This document shows positions 1 to 14,945 of a DNA stretch of 64,000 bases, piece after piece (positions within the stretch are counted from its first letter, which is position 1; each line of letters starts with the position of its first letter). Position numbers and translations under genes: made by a program. The stretch is taken from positions 95,480,001-95,544,000 of the forward strand of contig OX597816.1 of the NCBI GenBank assembly GCA_951406725.2. Reading direction: 5' to 3'. Origin of the DNA: Octopus vulgaris (lineage: Eukaryota). The notes beneath the pieces are model-generated. The model worked only from the letters and a program-made list of their open reading frames with translations. It did no database searches and had not been told where the DNA came from.

Positions 1-522
1 TAATTTGGGTTTTATTGAAGAACTCAAAAGAGTTGTCTCCCTTACTCACAACACAGGAACTGAAGAACCAGGACCACAATTACTACTACTTCCTGTCCTG
101 CAACATGCTGAATTTAACAACACAACACATCACATGCTCTTAATCCCTTTGGATCTTAACACCTCAAGGTAATTTTTTGGTAAACAACCATAAAACTCAA
201 GATACACAACGAACTCACAATGTATCGGAGAACTTATTTTTTAATTTTTGTACATTTTTATCATTATTCTTTTACAAAAAACATTGCAATTTTCTTTTTT
301 TCCCCTTTCTAATTTTTAAAAAACTTCTTAAAACATAAATATTCTTGACAAGTCATACATTGACGAAAACCGGTTGAATAAATATATATATTTATATATT
401 TTATCATTTTCTCATTTTATTAAAATTTTCTTTCATTTGAGCATTCTGCATTTAAAAAAAAAAAATTTTTCCTTACTTATCATTTCTCCACGTGCGGTCA
501 ACACAACCCCACCATTTATTGA

Positions 523-524
<2 letters not shown>

Positions 525-606
<82 letters not shown>

Positions 607-640
607 TATATAAGCATGTATATGTACACACACACACACA
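525..640. repeat. (TA)n microsatellite followed by (CA)n
   Basis: Direct reading; source of the YIYIYI ORFs. Confidence 0.97.
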
Positions 641-1399
641 CAAGCAGATACATATGCAAACACACCTGCATCTATAAATGTACAAATGAATGAATGTATG
701 ATTTATATGATGTGAATCGCTATCGAATGAGAATGTCTCTACATACTGGGAGAAGATAGAAGTATGTAAACAAATCTTATATTTAATAATAATTGAGAAT
801 CTTAACTGCTGTTATAAATATTATGATATGCATTAAAATTTCCTTTGTAATTCGATTTCAAATCTGTAAACTATTACACATTTGGACGAGCTGCTTCTAC
901 GTCTTTATTTCTTTATTTTACAGAATATTATCTGAAATGAAAAACTGTTAAAAAAAAACAGACATAGAAAATCTCCAGGATATTAAATATCATTCGGAAA
1001 AGGTTTATGATTAGAACAGAAAATGAATGCTATGTAATTCAAACTGATGCTTAGGCCATCCGTTCTCAAACTTTTTAATTTATTTACATACTGAAGATCA
1101 AATATAATGGCTGACCTACATCGGATTGCAAGCTTTAAAAAAGGTATTTTAGAGTTTAAAATTTAAATAACAATATAGGAAATGATTGCATATCTTATTT
1201 TATTAATTGTGCATGTATGAAATATGCGCTTGAAGTTCATTAGCGATTTAGTCAATGATAGATCTTATCTGCTATATACGAACTCTCATTTCTGCCCTTA
1301 ATGTGTTGTAGAGTTTCTCTCTTGTTAGAATTTAATTTGGGTAGCAGGGAAGCAAATTCTAATTTACATAAATATGATTTTTAAATCAAATGCACGTAG

Positions 1400-2230
1400 A
1401 CAAAGTTATTTTAGCTAACCGAAAATATTCTTATCTTCTAAAAACCCATACGTTTTGAAAAAGCAGCTTCTTATTTCATCCCACAGTGATTGAAAAGATG
1501 GGTCAATTCTTCAGATAATTCGAACAAAACCAGCTGCAATTTTTATGAAAAGGTTTCAAGTTATATAATATTGTCTTATGTTTATTGGTGTAAGATAAAA
1601 GATTAATTTTTTTTCTAATGCTATCAAATCATCAACTATATTAGAAATCATTTCCTTTACATGAAGTCTATTTATTAAAGAAAACATTTCGAGATTACCT
1701 TTCTAAATCACAGTTTATTTCCTGAAGTACTCCTAATTTATTTGCAGATTTGTGAATATTTTAATTTTCAACATATCTCGTTTTGAGTATTAAGATACTG
1801 ACTATGCATATCAAATGTTTCAGGCTAAAAAGGAAAAAAATGCATTGAAAATATTCAAAAGTTTGTTGTGTATTAATTCTAGAATTATCTAAGTGACTTT
1901 TTTCGGAGGTTATGATGAAGAATTTGCACCATACTTCTCAACTGTCTGAAGTTTGTGTATAAATATCTGGGTGTTGCGAAAGCACGGCCATGCAAATTTT
2001 ATTAAACTTTGGTTATTGCCTTTAATAAAATTATTTCGACAACCTAATTTCAAAACTTGTTTTAATTCAAATTTCATTGTTTTCGTAATCAATGTGTCAC
2101 TTATCACGATATGATTTTCTATAACTCCAGACAATTCCCAAACACGCGTGTAAAAAGTGTCAAAAAAATAATTGACTCTGACAAAGTAACAGACGTAACA
2201 TTTTGAGAAAATTTTTCAGACATGTCATAA
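1400..2230 (-). mobile_element. Highly decayed hAT (Charlie/Buster-like) transposase fossil
   Basis: ORF 1910..2134 HIVISDTLITKTMKFELKQVLKLGCRNNFIK resembles the HCxIHxxALxxKxM...L..VL..V.K.VNFIK region of Buster/ZBED8-type transposases; EAAFSK at 1470-1453 resembles the C-terminal CExxFS motif. Many stops and frameshifts; no TIRs found. Confidence 0.45.
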
Positions 2231-2269
2231 AAAGCAAATTCAGCGATTTTATCATATGAATACTTACAA

Positions 2270-2325
2270 ATATACATATATACACACATGCACACACACA
2301 AACACACGCGTGCATACGCGTGCAT

Positions 2326-2385
<60 letters not shown>

Positions 2386-2454
2386 GGAGAGAGAGAGAGA
2401 AAGAGAGAGAGATACATAGACATATATACAGACACTCAAACTTTACGGTGCTAT

Positions 2455-2503
<49 letters not shown>
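2270..2503. repeat. Compound (CA)/(TA)/(GA) microsatellite
   Basis: Direct reading. Confidence 0.95.
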
Positions 2504-2505
<2 letters not shown>

Positions 2506-2845
2506 AAGAAAATCTTAAGATTCTTAAAAGATTTCTGTTGAACATATAAATCTGTTAAGGAATTTCTTGGATGATATCCATCGAAATCTAAACCGCTCCT
2601 CAGATAAACAACTTCGAAAATGGCATTTTTATTTATCCACATCATGGCTGTCAAAACTTCCAATTATTATTCCAACTGTTGTGTGTGTCCATAATTGATT
2701 TTCGAAAATCATGTAAACCGAGCCAAAATCTATACAAGTAGAGAACATGTAAACAAACCGCCTTGATAATCACAACCGTCTATGCCAACAACAATGCCAA
2801 CAACCTTACTCGATACTCCAAATATATACATGCATACACAAATTC

Positions 2846-2958
<113 letters not shown>

Positions 2959-5642
2959 CATATACAAATGATAAGGCAGAGATGACTGAAATATATACAG
3001 CTTAAAAACAATGTGAAAACGTAATTTGAGAATTTCGCTTAAGATGTAGTAAGATAAAGCTATCTGTTTATTGGGAAGTAGGGAGTAAATTAAACATTTT
3101 CTTGATAAAGGTTATTGAACAAATAACTATGTTAACACATGAAATAAGAACGATTTGACAATCGATATCAATCACTATACAGCTGCTACTACTCTGATAC
3201 CTGCAATGCACGTATAAATAAAATAATCCAAGTTATCTAGAAAAATAAGAAAACTAGAAAAAAAAATTAAAATGTACAACGTAAATTATAAAGTGTAAGA
3301 TGGATAAAGTGTAAAGATGTGATATGGATAAGCGTGCGCCCACTTAAACTACATATATAAAGAAAAAGTCCGAAAACTTGCACGGAGGTGTACTTTAAAC
3401 TTTTCATTGTATATAACACTGAGCAAATGTACTTTTAAACGAGCCAGTATTATTAAAGAAAATGTGCTTCTATACAAAAGGTTTCTTCGTAGAAGATGAA
3501 TGTAAAAAATGTTATAAAGAGGATGTTTTCTAAGGAAAGGATATATCATTTGGTTATATCATATGTGACATCAAAATAACTTTAATCACAAAGTGCATTA
3601 TCACTGGTTATAATGAAGAGTAATACTATTCCAATATCTACATTAAAATAGACGCCATAGATATTTATTTAATCTCTTGAGATGTTGGATATTTGTCGAT
3701 ATAACAAATGCAATTTTTAAAAGATGATGGCAGTTTACAGAAGTGGTACCACCAGTATATTTAAAATACCTATTGATATCCCAAATTAGCTTGCCAGAGT
3801 AAGGATGTTTATTATAGCTGAGAAACAATTAATGGCTTACATATGATTCTGTCTTAATCAAGATAGTAAAAGGGGAGGTTTAGGAATATGCCGAATTAAT
3901 TTCAGCGTTGTTTGAACTAAAACAAAATACAAATAGGATATTGATAAAAAGACTGTGGTAGTAGAAGGCTTTTTCAGTGAGGCTTTTTTCTCTATTACCC
4001 ACTCATTGTTCTGTAATCATTGCAATTGACAAAGGCGTCTGCTCCACTAGATTATGATACTGAATGCTCAGAAATATATGATTGATCAGCTTCTTATTTA
4101 CACCTGCAGAATCAACAATTGTCTCTGGAGTTATTCATCTTTGAAGAGTAATACACAAGAGGGAATCCGTCAGTGTTTGGATATATTTTAGCACTAAATC
4201 AACAATCATGTCTTTTGCAATACAGAATACTTTACGACAGCACGAAACTTCAGTGGTATCTATCACTTCTTGGTGATCTAAAGTCCTTCACTAGAAATAT
4301 TTACAATACTGAGATTTCAGTTGGATTTAACAGAAACAGCGTGACTGGTATAGAAATGGGATTTAGTGAAAGGTAATATTGATTATCGATGGCTGAATGC
4401 AAGAAAAAAATGTTTTCTGGTATAAATAAATAAATAAAGTTTATATAAACAGAATATCTCTGATTTTGTTCCATGAAATGAATATTACAAATAACTATCA
4501 ATTGAGAAAAATGCATCCCTTATAGGTATCGTGAACAAAGACAGATTTATCAAAGTATATACGTTAGAATTTGAGAATCATGGTAGTGGCAGCTTTTTCC
4601 TTACAACATGAAAATATCTGATTCATTTAGTGTTCGGGAGGTATTCAACCATTGCTAAGAGAGAAACTCCAATAATAGTAAGTTCTCTTAGAATACAAAG
4701 CAGCCAAAGCACGATCAAAAGAGTGAAGGCGGGGTGGAGGCCACCGTTGAAATGCCTATTTTTCAAGTGATCTAAAATTGTGTCACGGTTTCAATCATCG
4801 ATTGAAGACACTTGATATCATCAATTCTTCTTCCTTACTCTGCAAATAACTTTCAAAGATCACGAGCATCATGTAAGGTTTCTCTATAATTGAAATTAAT
4901 GTAACACTGATACTCATTTCATTGACACAGGAATAGTACTTCCAGAAATAATTTTTAATTACAATATATGGCAGAGAACACAGACATAGTAACATGTCCA
5001 CCAGTGCCTATAACCAAAAAAACAAAAACAAAAGATATATATCAATAATGCAGAATAAAAGGACCAAATACCTCTAACTTAATTCGCATTAATCTTACAT
5101 GTCATTCTCCAATTATGTTTTTATATTAAAAAAAAAATTATACCTGGAATTATTTTTCCTTTAAATCGTACCTGCCTGTCAGAGTCGTTATAATTACGAA
5201 CAGCAGCTAGTTAAACAAATTTAACTCAAAGATGTTCCTAGAATCATCAACAGACTTGTTATTAAAGGTGGTCACAGCTGTTACTTGTCTAAACCTTCTA
5301 TATTTTCTCGGGCTAATTGGTGCGTATTTTTAAAAAAAATTTGTTATTACTTCAAGCAGTAGTTTTCAATACAACTTCTATGTTAACAACTTGTGAAGAA
5401 ATTGCATCGCACTGAATTATTTGATAAAAATCGAAAATAAAATCTAAAAGATAAATTCTAGATCAAATATGACCATATTTGAGCGCAAAGATACCAGCTT
5501 GACATAATCCTCAATTTCCTTTTGACAAAGACGTCTTGGCCCCAAAATATCAGAATATAAGGTAAAGTGCAAACTGTTGTTTTGTCTTCTATTTTCGCTC
5601 CTTTAATTCCAATTTGCATTGTATTGACTTTTAAACAATATA

Positions 5643-5960
<318 letters not shown>

Positions 5961-6282
5961 CGACATCGTGGAATCAACATTATTCGAAATGTTTCCAAAT
6001 TTTCATTAACAATAAATATTTAATTAACTTAAAATAGTCCCTATATATATAGTTAGAAATTAAGTTAACATTACATGACATGGCAACGAAATTAAGTGGC
6101 ATTATACAACATGGCAACGAGGTCTTTTCGAACAATTTTGATAGTCATCTACGAACTGTATTATATTTGTCGTCACAGGTTGTCAGTATTTCTATTTATG
6201 GATATCACCAGCAATTTTCATACATATATGATATGTGTGTGTATGTGTGTGTGTGTGTGCGTGCGTGTGTTTGTATTGTCTT

Positions 6283-6583
6283 TCATCTGTTTGAGTAATT
6301 AGACTGCGCCACGCTGGGGTACCACCTTGAGGAATTCTTAGTTGAATGAATCGACCTCAGGTACTTATCCTGTCGTTCCCTTTTTGTCGAACGGCTATGT
6401 TACGGGGATATAAACAAAGTAAAACCGGTTAGCAATCGGCAGACAAGCGGGTCTCTTTCAGTTTCTGTCTACCAAATCCACTCACAAGGCCTTGGTCGGC
6501 CCGAGGTTATAGTACAGGGCAGATCCCCATAGTGCCATGTAGTACGACTCAAACCGTAACCATGTGTTGGGAAGCTAGCTTCT
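6283..6583 (-). mobile_element. tRNA-derived SINE, family A (decayed; head abuts the Tx1 LINE 3' end)
   Basis: Homologous to the copies at 10.8, 32.4-33.1, 34.3 and 42.5 kb (ctaccaaatccactcacaaggc...ggtcggcccgagg...aaccatgtg). Confidence 0.85.
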
Positions 6584-6584
6584 T

Positions 6585-7900
6585 TATTTCATAAAAATTT
6601 GCTATACAAGCATTACAAAGACGAGACAAACAAGGACAGACAAACGTAAAATGGTGAAGAAGCTGCTACATTTAAAAGTTCTTTGTTCTGAATGATAAGT
6701 TACGGTTAAAAATTATGATTAATATAACAGTAAAAATGTAAAATTTCGATGATATCACATTGCCACATGTAATTTATCTCCTGAAGGAAAGGCACCCGAC
6801 CACCAGTGTAGAACGCTTGCTTTTTTTCCGGGGCTCTACTTACTTGGTGCCAATCACTCCCAGCTTTCTGGCCGCAAGCTTTCATCTTTTATCGAATCTC
6901 TCTCGTGACAGACACCTCTTCTCTTGTCTGATTTTACTGCTGAGGTTGTAACTAAAAAAGGTGACCAGCTCCTGGCCAGATACAAAGGTACCCGCCACTA
7001 TTCCTTTCATACGCGTCTTCCATACTGTTTCTTTCAGTTTGGCTACTACAGAAAAATCAAGTCTTTCTCACCCTGTTAAGGAGAGGAGGCGTCACAATTT
7101 CGATGATAGACTCAGCCGATAGCTGTAATCTTTCCATCGATGACAACAGTTGTTTTGTGAAAGCTATCAGTCCCGTTAATTCCAGACATTCTACACATGC
7201 GTGCAAAACGGTTTCCCTGTCCTGCCCGTACTACGAACAAGTCGGCGAGACGGTACTTCCGTGCTTGACAGTTTATCACGAACAGGTAACGCTGCACGGA
7301 AGCACTGCCAAGCGAGGGATTTCTGGTAATTATCCAGATACCTTGGTCCGAAAGCTTTCCTGAACAATTTGATCAACTGATTTTCATTGTAGCCCAGGGT
7401 CTCCCCAAAGTGTCTTCGGATATAATCTCCACTAACCCGCTATAAAAATCCGCGGGGGAACTCCCGCTCCCGGCATTGCTCGCCTGAGAGGGCAACTGAA
7501 GTGCCTGACGGCACTCCACTTGCAAGTCCGCCAACCTAGGCCTCTGCTTGATCCATGTACCAATGTCCGTTAAGGAAGTTAACTGCAGAAGACAGAACCG
7601 GACATGCGGTGACCACACCTGCTCTCCATCCAGGTAAAGCCAGAGGTGCCTCAAACTTAACGCGAATTTTCGCATCTTCAGCCAAGGCTTTCCTAGCCCA
7701 CTCTTTAGCAACAGAAAGAGCGCTTCACAATCGGCTTTCCTCCCTTCCGCAAGAAGCGGAAACGGATTCTCTCCAACTTGTTCAGCCACAAATCGAGGCA
7801 GGGCACTACGGTCAGGCGGTAGGTGATTACTGATGTTACAAACATCTGCACTACTTCCGCCATCCCTAGCAAGGATAACGCCCGCTCAGATCGTGTCTGA
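6585..7900 (-). mobile_element. L1/Tx1-clade LINE, 5'-truncated 3' fragment (ORF2 C-terminus with zf-RVT, plus 3'UTR)
   Basis: ORFs 7373..7789 and 7191..7376 (SGLGKPWLKMRKFALSLRHLWLYLDGEQVWSP; QKSLAWQCFRAALPVRDKL) are colinear with the copy at 26.6-28.07 kb; frameshifted. Confidence 0.85.
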
Positions 7901-7976
7901 CATGCAAATTATGTCTCAGAGTATTCATAAACCAACCAGTAAATAGAAGCTAGAAGTTACTCATAATTCATGTTAC

Positions 7977-8033
7977 CTGAGTTGTCGTGCTTGGTGAACT
8001 GTAGGAATGTTTGTGGTTGTTTTTAGAGGCCAT
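7977..8033 (-). CDS. Candidate first coding exon (MASKNNHKHSYSSPSTTTQ) of an unidentified minus-strand gene
   Basis: ATG at 8033 with an in-frame TGA immediately upstream, 19 open codons, then a CAG|GTAAC donor. It lies downstream of a promoter/5'UTR-like region. No homology recognised. Confidence 0.25.
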
Positions 8034-8479
8034 TCATAACCAAATTATTAAGTTTGTTGAATATAGGTAATTGTTCCCAGTAGCCAATTAAAAGTAGGAC
8101 AACTGTCCTTCTGTCGTAAAGAATCCTGATGGATTATACGTATTTGCTTGTATGTGTGTGTTTGCATGTATGTGTGTCTGAATACATATGTGCATGCACA
8201 CTGGAAATACTCACTCATATACTTATACATAACTATATATGTATATGCGTCTGTATATATACTGTTGTTAACGTTCTTGCATCTCTCTGTGTTGTATTCC
8301 CCCACTCTTCTGCCATCGTGGTAGTTGTTGTTATCGCTGTTGTTCTTGTTGAGAGAAAAATATCAAATACAGTGTAATGCATACACAATGAACAAATATG
8401 CACATACCTATGATAAATATAAGACATAGAGATAGATATAAGAAATTATATAAAGAGCACGGACAGAAACAACATAGGA

Positions 8480-9059
8480 AGCGAACTCATACACACACAT
8501 ACAATGTAACTTCACAGCCGGCCGCGACATTATCAATAACACGATCAACAACAACAGCAACAACGATAAAAACAATGACAAAAACAACTACCAAGATTAT
8601 ATCAGCGTGGGCGAACACAAACACAGAGAGATACAGAAACGGTACCAACCGTCGGGTTCAAGGACAGCAGCGGCGGCAACAGAGTGGGGGACGGGGCTGA
8701 CGAGAGCGGTATACTGATACTAAGAACGATACACACACACAAACAGACGCAAATGCATGTGCATATAAGGATGCACATCATAGAAGAACGCAATGAAATA
8801 ATTGGAGCAGGAGCATACACGAAGACGGATAGTGTCGCTGAAGTAGTCACTGATGAGCGACGAAAGATTTCCGGACAATAGACATGAGTGAGCATAAGAG
8901 CAGTAATAAATGAGTGATGGACGAATATACTGTGCGTGTGTTTATTTTAAAAAAAGAATGACCGTCTCCAAACAATATATTTCAACACACACTTTCACAT
9001 CAGGAGTCTCGCAGCAACAAAGATATATAAACGTGTATATATACATACATACATATATA

Positions 9060-9106
<47 letters not shown>

Positions 9107-9850
9107 AATAAATAAATAAAACATATGCATATATACATACATATATGCACGTACCTAGCTCTACATGTATATATACATGCATATATGGGTACAGGACACC
9201 AAAAAAAAAACGTCGAGCACAATGAGAAACGAAAACATAAACACAAAACCAAGGAAATGGACATTTTTCTTAAACAAGGAAAAAATAGAGTACAGGACAT
9301 ACAAAACAAGGAAACTTCCCCTTCTTCAGTCGCTTTTGTTTCATCTACTCCACGTTTCGAAGGTCAAGGCGATACATGACTTTAATGAAACTTTTCTTCC
9401 CGCGAAAATCAAATTAAATAAAATTTGAGATTTTTTTGCGGAGGGGTAAAAATGGTAACAAAAACAGGACAGTAACGACAGTACAAAATATAAACAGTAA
9501 AAGACAGGACACGGAGAATAACAGTAACACAAACAAGAAGGGCTGTTAAGCCGAACGAGATAAAAAATTTTACGAACGAAATTCTTTGAGAACGGCGAGG
9601 GAGCAACAGATGTACCGTCTCTACTTGAAGGTGGCCAGGAGAAGAAAGACAGTAGCAACATTCTCATCATGTGTCCGCGACGGGAGGGAGGAAGAGGAAT
9701 AAGAGAACGGGAAAGAAAAAAGGGAATGGTTGTAGAGAAAAGAATGAAGAATGAGAGAGAGAGAGGGAAAGACAGTAAGGTAGAAGAAAAGGAAAGCCAA
9801 AAGAATGAAGGCTGAGAAAGGGAGGGGGAGAGAAAGGTTAAGAGTGCGCA
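8480..9850 (-). promoter_or_regulatory. Putative promoter/5'UTR region of a host gene
   Basis: No recognisable TEs; locally CpG-enriched; strong polypurine tract at 9680-9845; candidate minus-strand donor TAG|GTACGT near 9153. Confidence 0.3.
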
Positions 9851-9861
9851 TCATTATAATA

Positions 9862-9909
<48 letters not shown>

Positions 9910-10479
9910 GTGTGTATTATATATGTGTGTTTCTATCTATCTATATATCTATATAGCTTTTTACAACTGCCTTTCTCTCTCTTTCTCTCTATACACACAT
10001 ACTCTTTCTAGTCGGGTAGCCAAAGTTTTGATCGCAGAACTTACAGTATTTATGTACACTTTAGTTCCTGCAAGATTGACGTTATTTGAAAAAGCAGACT
10101 AGACTCGTTTCACTAATATATATTTCTCAAATCATTTCACTTGATATCCTAGCTGAAAATACGTCTGAGAAGCAATTTAAGCTGAAGCTGATTGCAGATT
10201 CAACTCTGACATAGAACAGCATCAGACCAATAATTCTTAGAAGGAATAAAAATCAATAAAATAGTTCTACACTTTTTGAAATCGATTTACAGATGTATGT
10301 ATAGGGAAAATTTAGAACGTCATACATTTCTACCAGATTATATATTCCTATGGAAAAAAGAACTGCTAGTATTTGTTTTTATTAAACCTAGGGAAAAGGA
10401 ATCTAAAGCTTATATTATATAACATAAAGGTTTTCTTTGCTATGATATGAGATATCAAATGAATTGTGAGGGCATATAG

Positions 10480-10765
10480 TTTATTGCATCAAAGCAATGC
10501 CTTACTGGTACAAGTAGTTTTAAGAAGAAAGAAAGTCATGAATTCAATCTTACTTTGTGTTGAATTAAAAACGTAAAGATCTGTGACAATTACCGAAACA
10601 ATTTGTGATGTACAAATTACTGTGCCTATAATTAATTCCCTCTTTATATTTTGTACAAATGCCCATTCACTGAAGGATATAACCAACTGTTTGACTTTTA
10701 CCTTCTCCATGAGTCGGTGATAGCTATTTCGAAACTCCGCTGATAAACTCATACACCCATCTCAT
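10480..10765 (-). mobile_element. Very old CR1/L2-like RT fossil
   Basis: RWVYEFISG followed by a degenerate G..IG..(LF)....DL block; weak similarity only. Confidence 0.3.
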
Positions 10766-10807
10766 GAGAATCTCCTCTGATCAACTTATGTACCGGTCTC
10801 ACGAGTA

Positions 10808-11032
10808 TCTTTTAAATGTTTCAGTCATTTGATTGCGGCCATGCTAGGGAACTGCCTTAAAAGGTTTTTGTCGAACAAATCGACCCAAGAACTGTTCTTT
10901 TTTTTAGGGTTAGTACTAATTTTATCGGATTCTTTTGCCTAACCACTAATTTACGGGGACGTAAGCATACCAATATCGGCTGTGAAGCAGTCGTCACATA
11001 CACGCACATACAGACACACACACGCACACACA

Positions 11033-11091
<59 letters not shown>

Positions 11092-11253
11092 GACGGATTT
11101 CTTTTACTTTCTGTCTAACAAATACACGCAGAAGGCTTTGGTCGGTCCGAGGTTATAGTGGAAAACACCTGTCCAAGGTGCAACGCAGAGGGATTGAACC
11201 CGGAACCATGTGGCTGGTAAGGAAGCTTCCTACTACACAGCCACGCCTGCGCC
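10808..11253 (-). mobile_element. tRNA-derived SINE, family A, with internal (CA)n
   Basis: Minus-strand head ggcgcaggcgtggctgtgtagtagg...ccgggttcaatccc has A/B-box-like motifs; conserved body and tgactgaaaca tail. Confidence 0.9.
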
Positions 11254-12213
11254 TGTTTTTTTTTTTTTGTTTGTTTGTTAATCCTTTAGTAAATATGCCA
11301 AATTCGAGATATACTTTCAATATAATATTTCCTTTAACATTTTGTATTGGCCGCGTTTTTATGACTAGGATGATTCAGGCTCTCTTAAACTAATTTTCCC
11401 TTTAACACTACATTATAAACATTGACTCATGCCGTAAATTAAAGATCTTGTGTTAATTATGCGAGTATTCTAAATATTACGCAATAAATATATTGCATCA
11501 TTTTATCTTATGAAGTAAAGTCGGAAAAAAGGTTGCTGCCTTAGCAGATTATGTTTCCGATCGACAACAGTGTTTTCCCTTATATTTCATTTGGGATGCC
11601 AAAATAGAACATTTAGTGGCTTCGGTTTCCTAAAGCGAATATCAGTATTTTGCAGACAGACAACAGTTTATTTCTAATAAAAGACATTTGAAGTAATTTT
11701 ATCATAATATATGGCCGCTTAGGTTCTATTATTCATTTGAAATATGACAATAAATGTCACAACATTTCATTTCTATGTTACACAAGTTAATGTTGTATGC
11801 AAAAATATATATTCTTATATTTTCCCAGTAGCATACTTTTAGTTTTCTTTCATGAATGTATATAACGATTTTATGGTAGTATCTGTCCAGTCGGTCTGCT
11901 GTTTACTTTATATCGGTGCACTTATTTTTTCTATATATTCCTGTTTGCCTATTTTTCTCTATATATTCATTAATGTGTATCGCAATGTGTGTTGACTGTG
12001 GATCGGTCTTTTTATTTCTCTCTCTGTTTATGTACGCTCACACACACACGCGCGCACACGCACACATACATACACATATATATAAATGCTAAGGAACATA
12101 TAGCAGTAAGAGGTACGCAAAAGTTTTATACTTCCGTTTCGGTTACAGCTGTTTCATAATCCACTCAAAGTTACATCTACTTGGATGTAGACATACATGC
12201 AGAGACACACTCA

Positions 12214-12246
<33 letters not shown>

Positions 12247-12268
12247 GTTTGTTATCTTACCGTTTTAT

Positions 12269-12305
<37 letters not shown>

Positions 12306-12553
12306 GTGTGTATGTACGTATGCATGAATTTGTTTTGCAAAATTTGCTAATATGAAATCCTGACAAGGCAACAACTTACATTGGGAAGATGACATGTAGC
12401 ATACGGGAACGAACAAGCTGTACTGGTGGGAGCTCAAGTAAGTGAAAAGCTCCTTAGTGCTCTACCAACACGCTCAAGTAGAACCTAGAGTCTCGGTTAA
12501 TGACATGGAAGTTAATATATTATCACGCATAGAACAGAAATGGCACACTCACA

Positions 12554-12596
<43 letters not shown>

Positions 12597-13092
12597 ATAT
12601 ATATATATATATGTGTGTGTGTGTATGTATATATATGCATGCATTTGTTTTGAAAAATTCCTGTTGTAAACTCCTGTGAAGAAACTAGACCACAACACAC
12701 GCATGCATTTAAATATTAGAAAAACTTGCTGTGAGAGAAATGTAAGATTGTAAATATATAAATTCTATGGTTTTGATGACCGGGAAAGGGATGTATTTAA
12801 TTATTTATATTAACTATATAAACTTATATTTTATTATTTATAGTAAATATATAAATATATATTTAATTATATTTGTATTAAATAAATAAACATATATTTA
12901 ATTGTGTTTGGGGAGAGTCATTCTGTTTTAATGCCTTATCAATTTTATGTCTAATTTGATTATTAATCTCTTATTAATTATATATTTAATTATTTATATT
13001 GAATATATAAATATATTCAGTCTTGTTCACTTTGTGTTGTACATAATATAGGGGTGCCTGTATATGTATATCTATTTGCGTGGGAACATATA

Positions 13093-14354
13093 CGAGGTCT
13101 GATCAATAGGTATCCGGACTGGTGCTACAAAAAGAAAACTACAATCCTACCAATTTTATATTTAATCTTCTTCAAAGTAGTCCTCTTCGGAAGTGACACA
13201 CTTAATCCAGCGCTGCTTCCATTGATGGACGCATTCACGGAAGCTGCTTTCTGGAATAATCATCAGCTGCCTCGTCGCATTCGCTTTGATTTTCTGGATG
13301 TTCTGAAATCTTCTTCCTTCAAGAGGAAGTTGATTGTTGAAAAGACGAAAATCTTGCAAGGGGCGAGATATGGGGAGTACGGTTGCTGTCGGACCTTGCG
13401 AATGTTGTACCTAACCAAAAATTGATGCTTAATGTACAAGTGCGTTGCCATGGCGCAATTACCACTCACCAGACGCATGCAATTCTGGCCTTTTCCGACG
13501 AATAGCATTCCGCAAAACGTCACGGTAGTACTCCTTGTTTACTGTCTGATCAGGTGTAGTCAAAGAAAACAGTCAACAGCGTCTTCACACTGTTTCGACT
13601 CATTCGTGCTTTCTTCGGTCCTGGGTAGGTTGGTGTCTTCCCCTGCGAAGACTGAGCCTTTGTTTCGGGGTTATAGACATAGACCCACGATTCATCACCC
13701 ATTATTACCGTTTTCAAAGAGTTTTCATTCCCCTCGACCCAATCAAAGAGATCTTGTGCGACTGAAACCCGAGTGTCTTTTTGGTCAGCTGTAAGCAGTT
13801 TTGGCACAAACTTTGCAGACTCGAATGTCATGACCAATTCTTCAGTGATAAGGGACTGAACTGAATCGTAACTAATCTGCACATCTTCTGATAACTCACG
13901 GGTGGTGATTCGACGATTTCCTCTCATGGCTACACGCACATCTGTGATGTTTTCTCCTTTCTGCTAGTTGCGGTTCTTCCAGAACATTCGTCACTATCGA
14001 TATTTTTCGGCCATCTTGGAAATGTCTGAACCACTCGTACACTTGTGCATCCGCTCATATACTCCTCTCTATACACTTTCTGCAACTTTGCGAAGGCTTC
14101 TAAGCTGGTCTCGCCAAACTTTTAGCAAAATTTGATGCAGATTCTCTACTCAACTTTCTCTGTCATGGTTAATGCAACGATCACACGCTACACACCTTCA
14201 TTCCAAGCACTACTGTAAACAGTGAGCTAGAACGGTGAAACTTAGTGCGCTTGCGCAACAGTGGTCAAGGTCAATCTGCGCGAAGCGGCTCTACGCTGCG
14301 TGCTTTAGCTTCGTTACTATAGCAACAGTCCAGATACTTACTGATCAGACCACG
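13093..14354 (-). mobile_element. Mariner DNA transposon, near full-length, inactive
   Basis: ~36-bp TIRs (cgaggtctgatcaataggtatccggact vs revcomp cgtggtctgatcagtaagtatctggact) with TA TSDs at 13091-92 and 14355-56. Transposase 14166-13162 shows RICIKFC, AKFVPKLLT, GDESWVY.Y.PETKAQS and QPYSPYLAP; it has stops, frameshifts and small deletions. Confidence 0.95.
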
Positions 14355-14892
14355 TATAATTGTACATCACTTTAATTTCGTACTTCCTTATGTTCTCCTA
14401 TTTTTCAAGTTTTAACCACTTCCCTCTACTTTAGCTATCGTGGTTTGAAGTAATTTTCTCACTGACTTCCTACTTAAATTTGTACAATTCTTCGTCGTAG
14501 CTTTGTCACTTTTGCTTGTCAGCTTTTCAAATAAACTTATTTGATGGTTAAATATCTTCTGAACAAATCAATTACCCCAAATTCTCAATCGAAGGCATAA
14601 AGCGGCGAAATCTTATATTCTACAAGTCTTACTGAAAAATCTACTTCCCCAATGTTCAGAACTTTATATAGAAGAATTTTTGCTGATACACTTTTACCGT
14701 GCTTATATGTATATTACATAAATAATTTTGTTTATTGATGGATTTCAGTTTATTTTTAAATACAGAACCTGTGTTTAAAATGTTGATAGTTTACCTAAGC
14801 AGGTTGTTAAAACAGTGTCAGCTAAGCGAAGCGTTTCATAACATTTTCACAGTGTACCACTGTGTGTATGTATGTACCGTTATGTGTATATA

Positions 14893-14945
<53 letters not shown>

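Noticed and set aside
1-135. Minus-strand reading LLNSACCRTGSSSNCGPGSSVPVL with a GTGAGT donor-like site
   Set aside because: No in-frame start or clear acceptor; at the window edge; not enough support for an exon.
8850-8880. Hammerhead-like core ctgatgagcgacgaaa
   Set aside because: Helix I cannot form after the putative cleavage site and helix III is negligible.
12330-12445. Plus-strand exon candidate ending at GTAAGT
   Set aside because: No convincing acceptor or recognisable reading frame.
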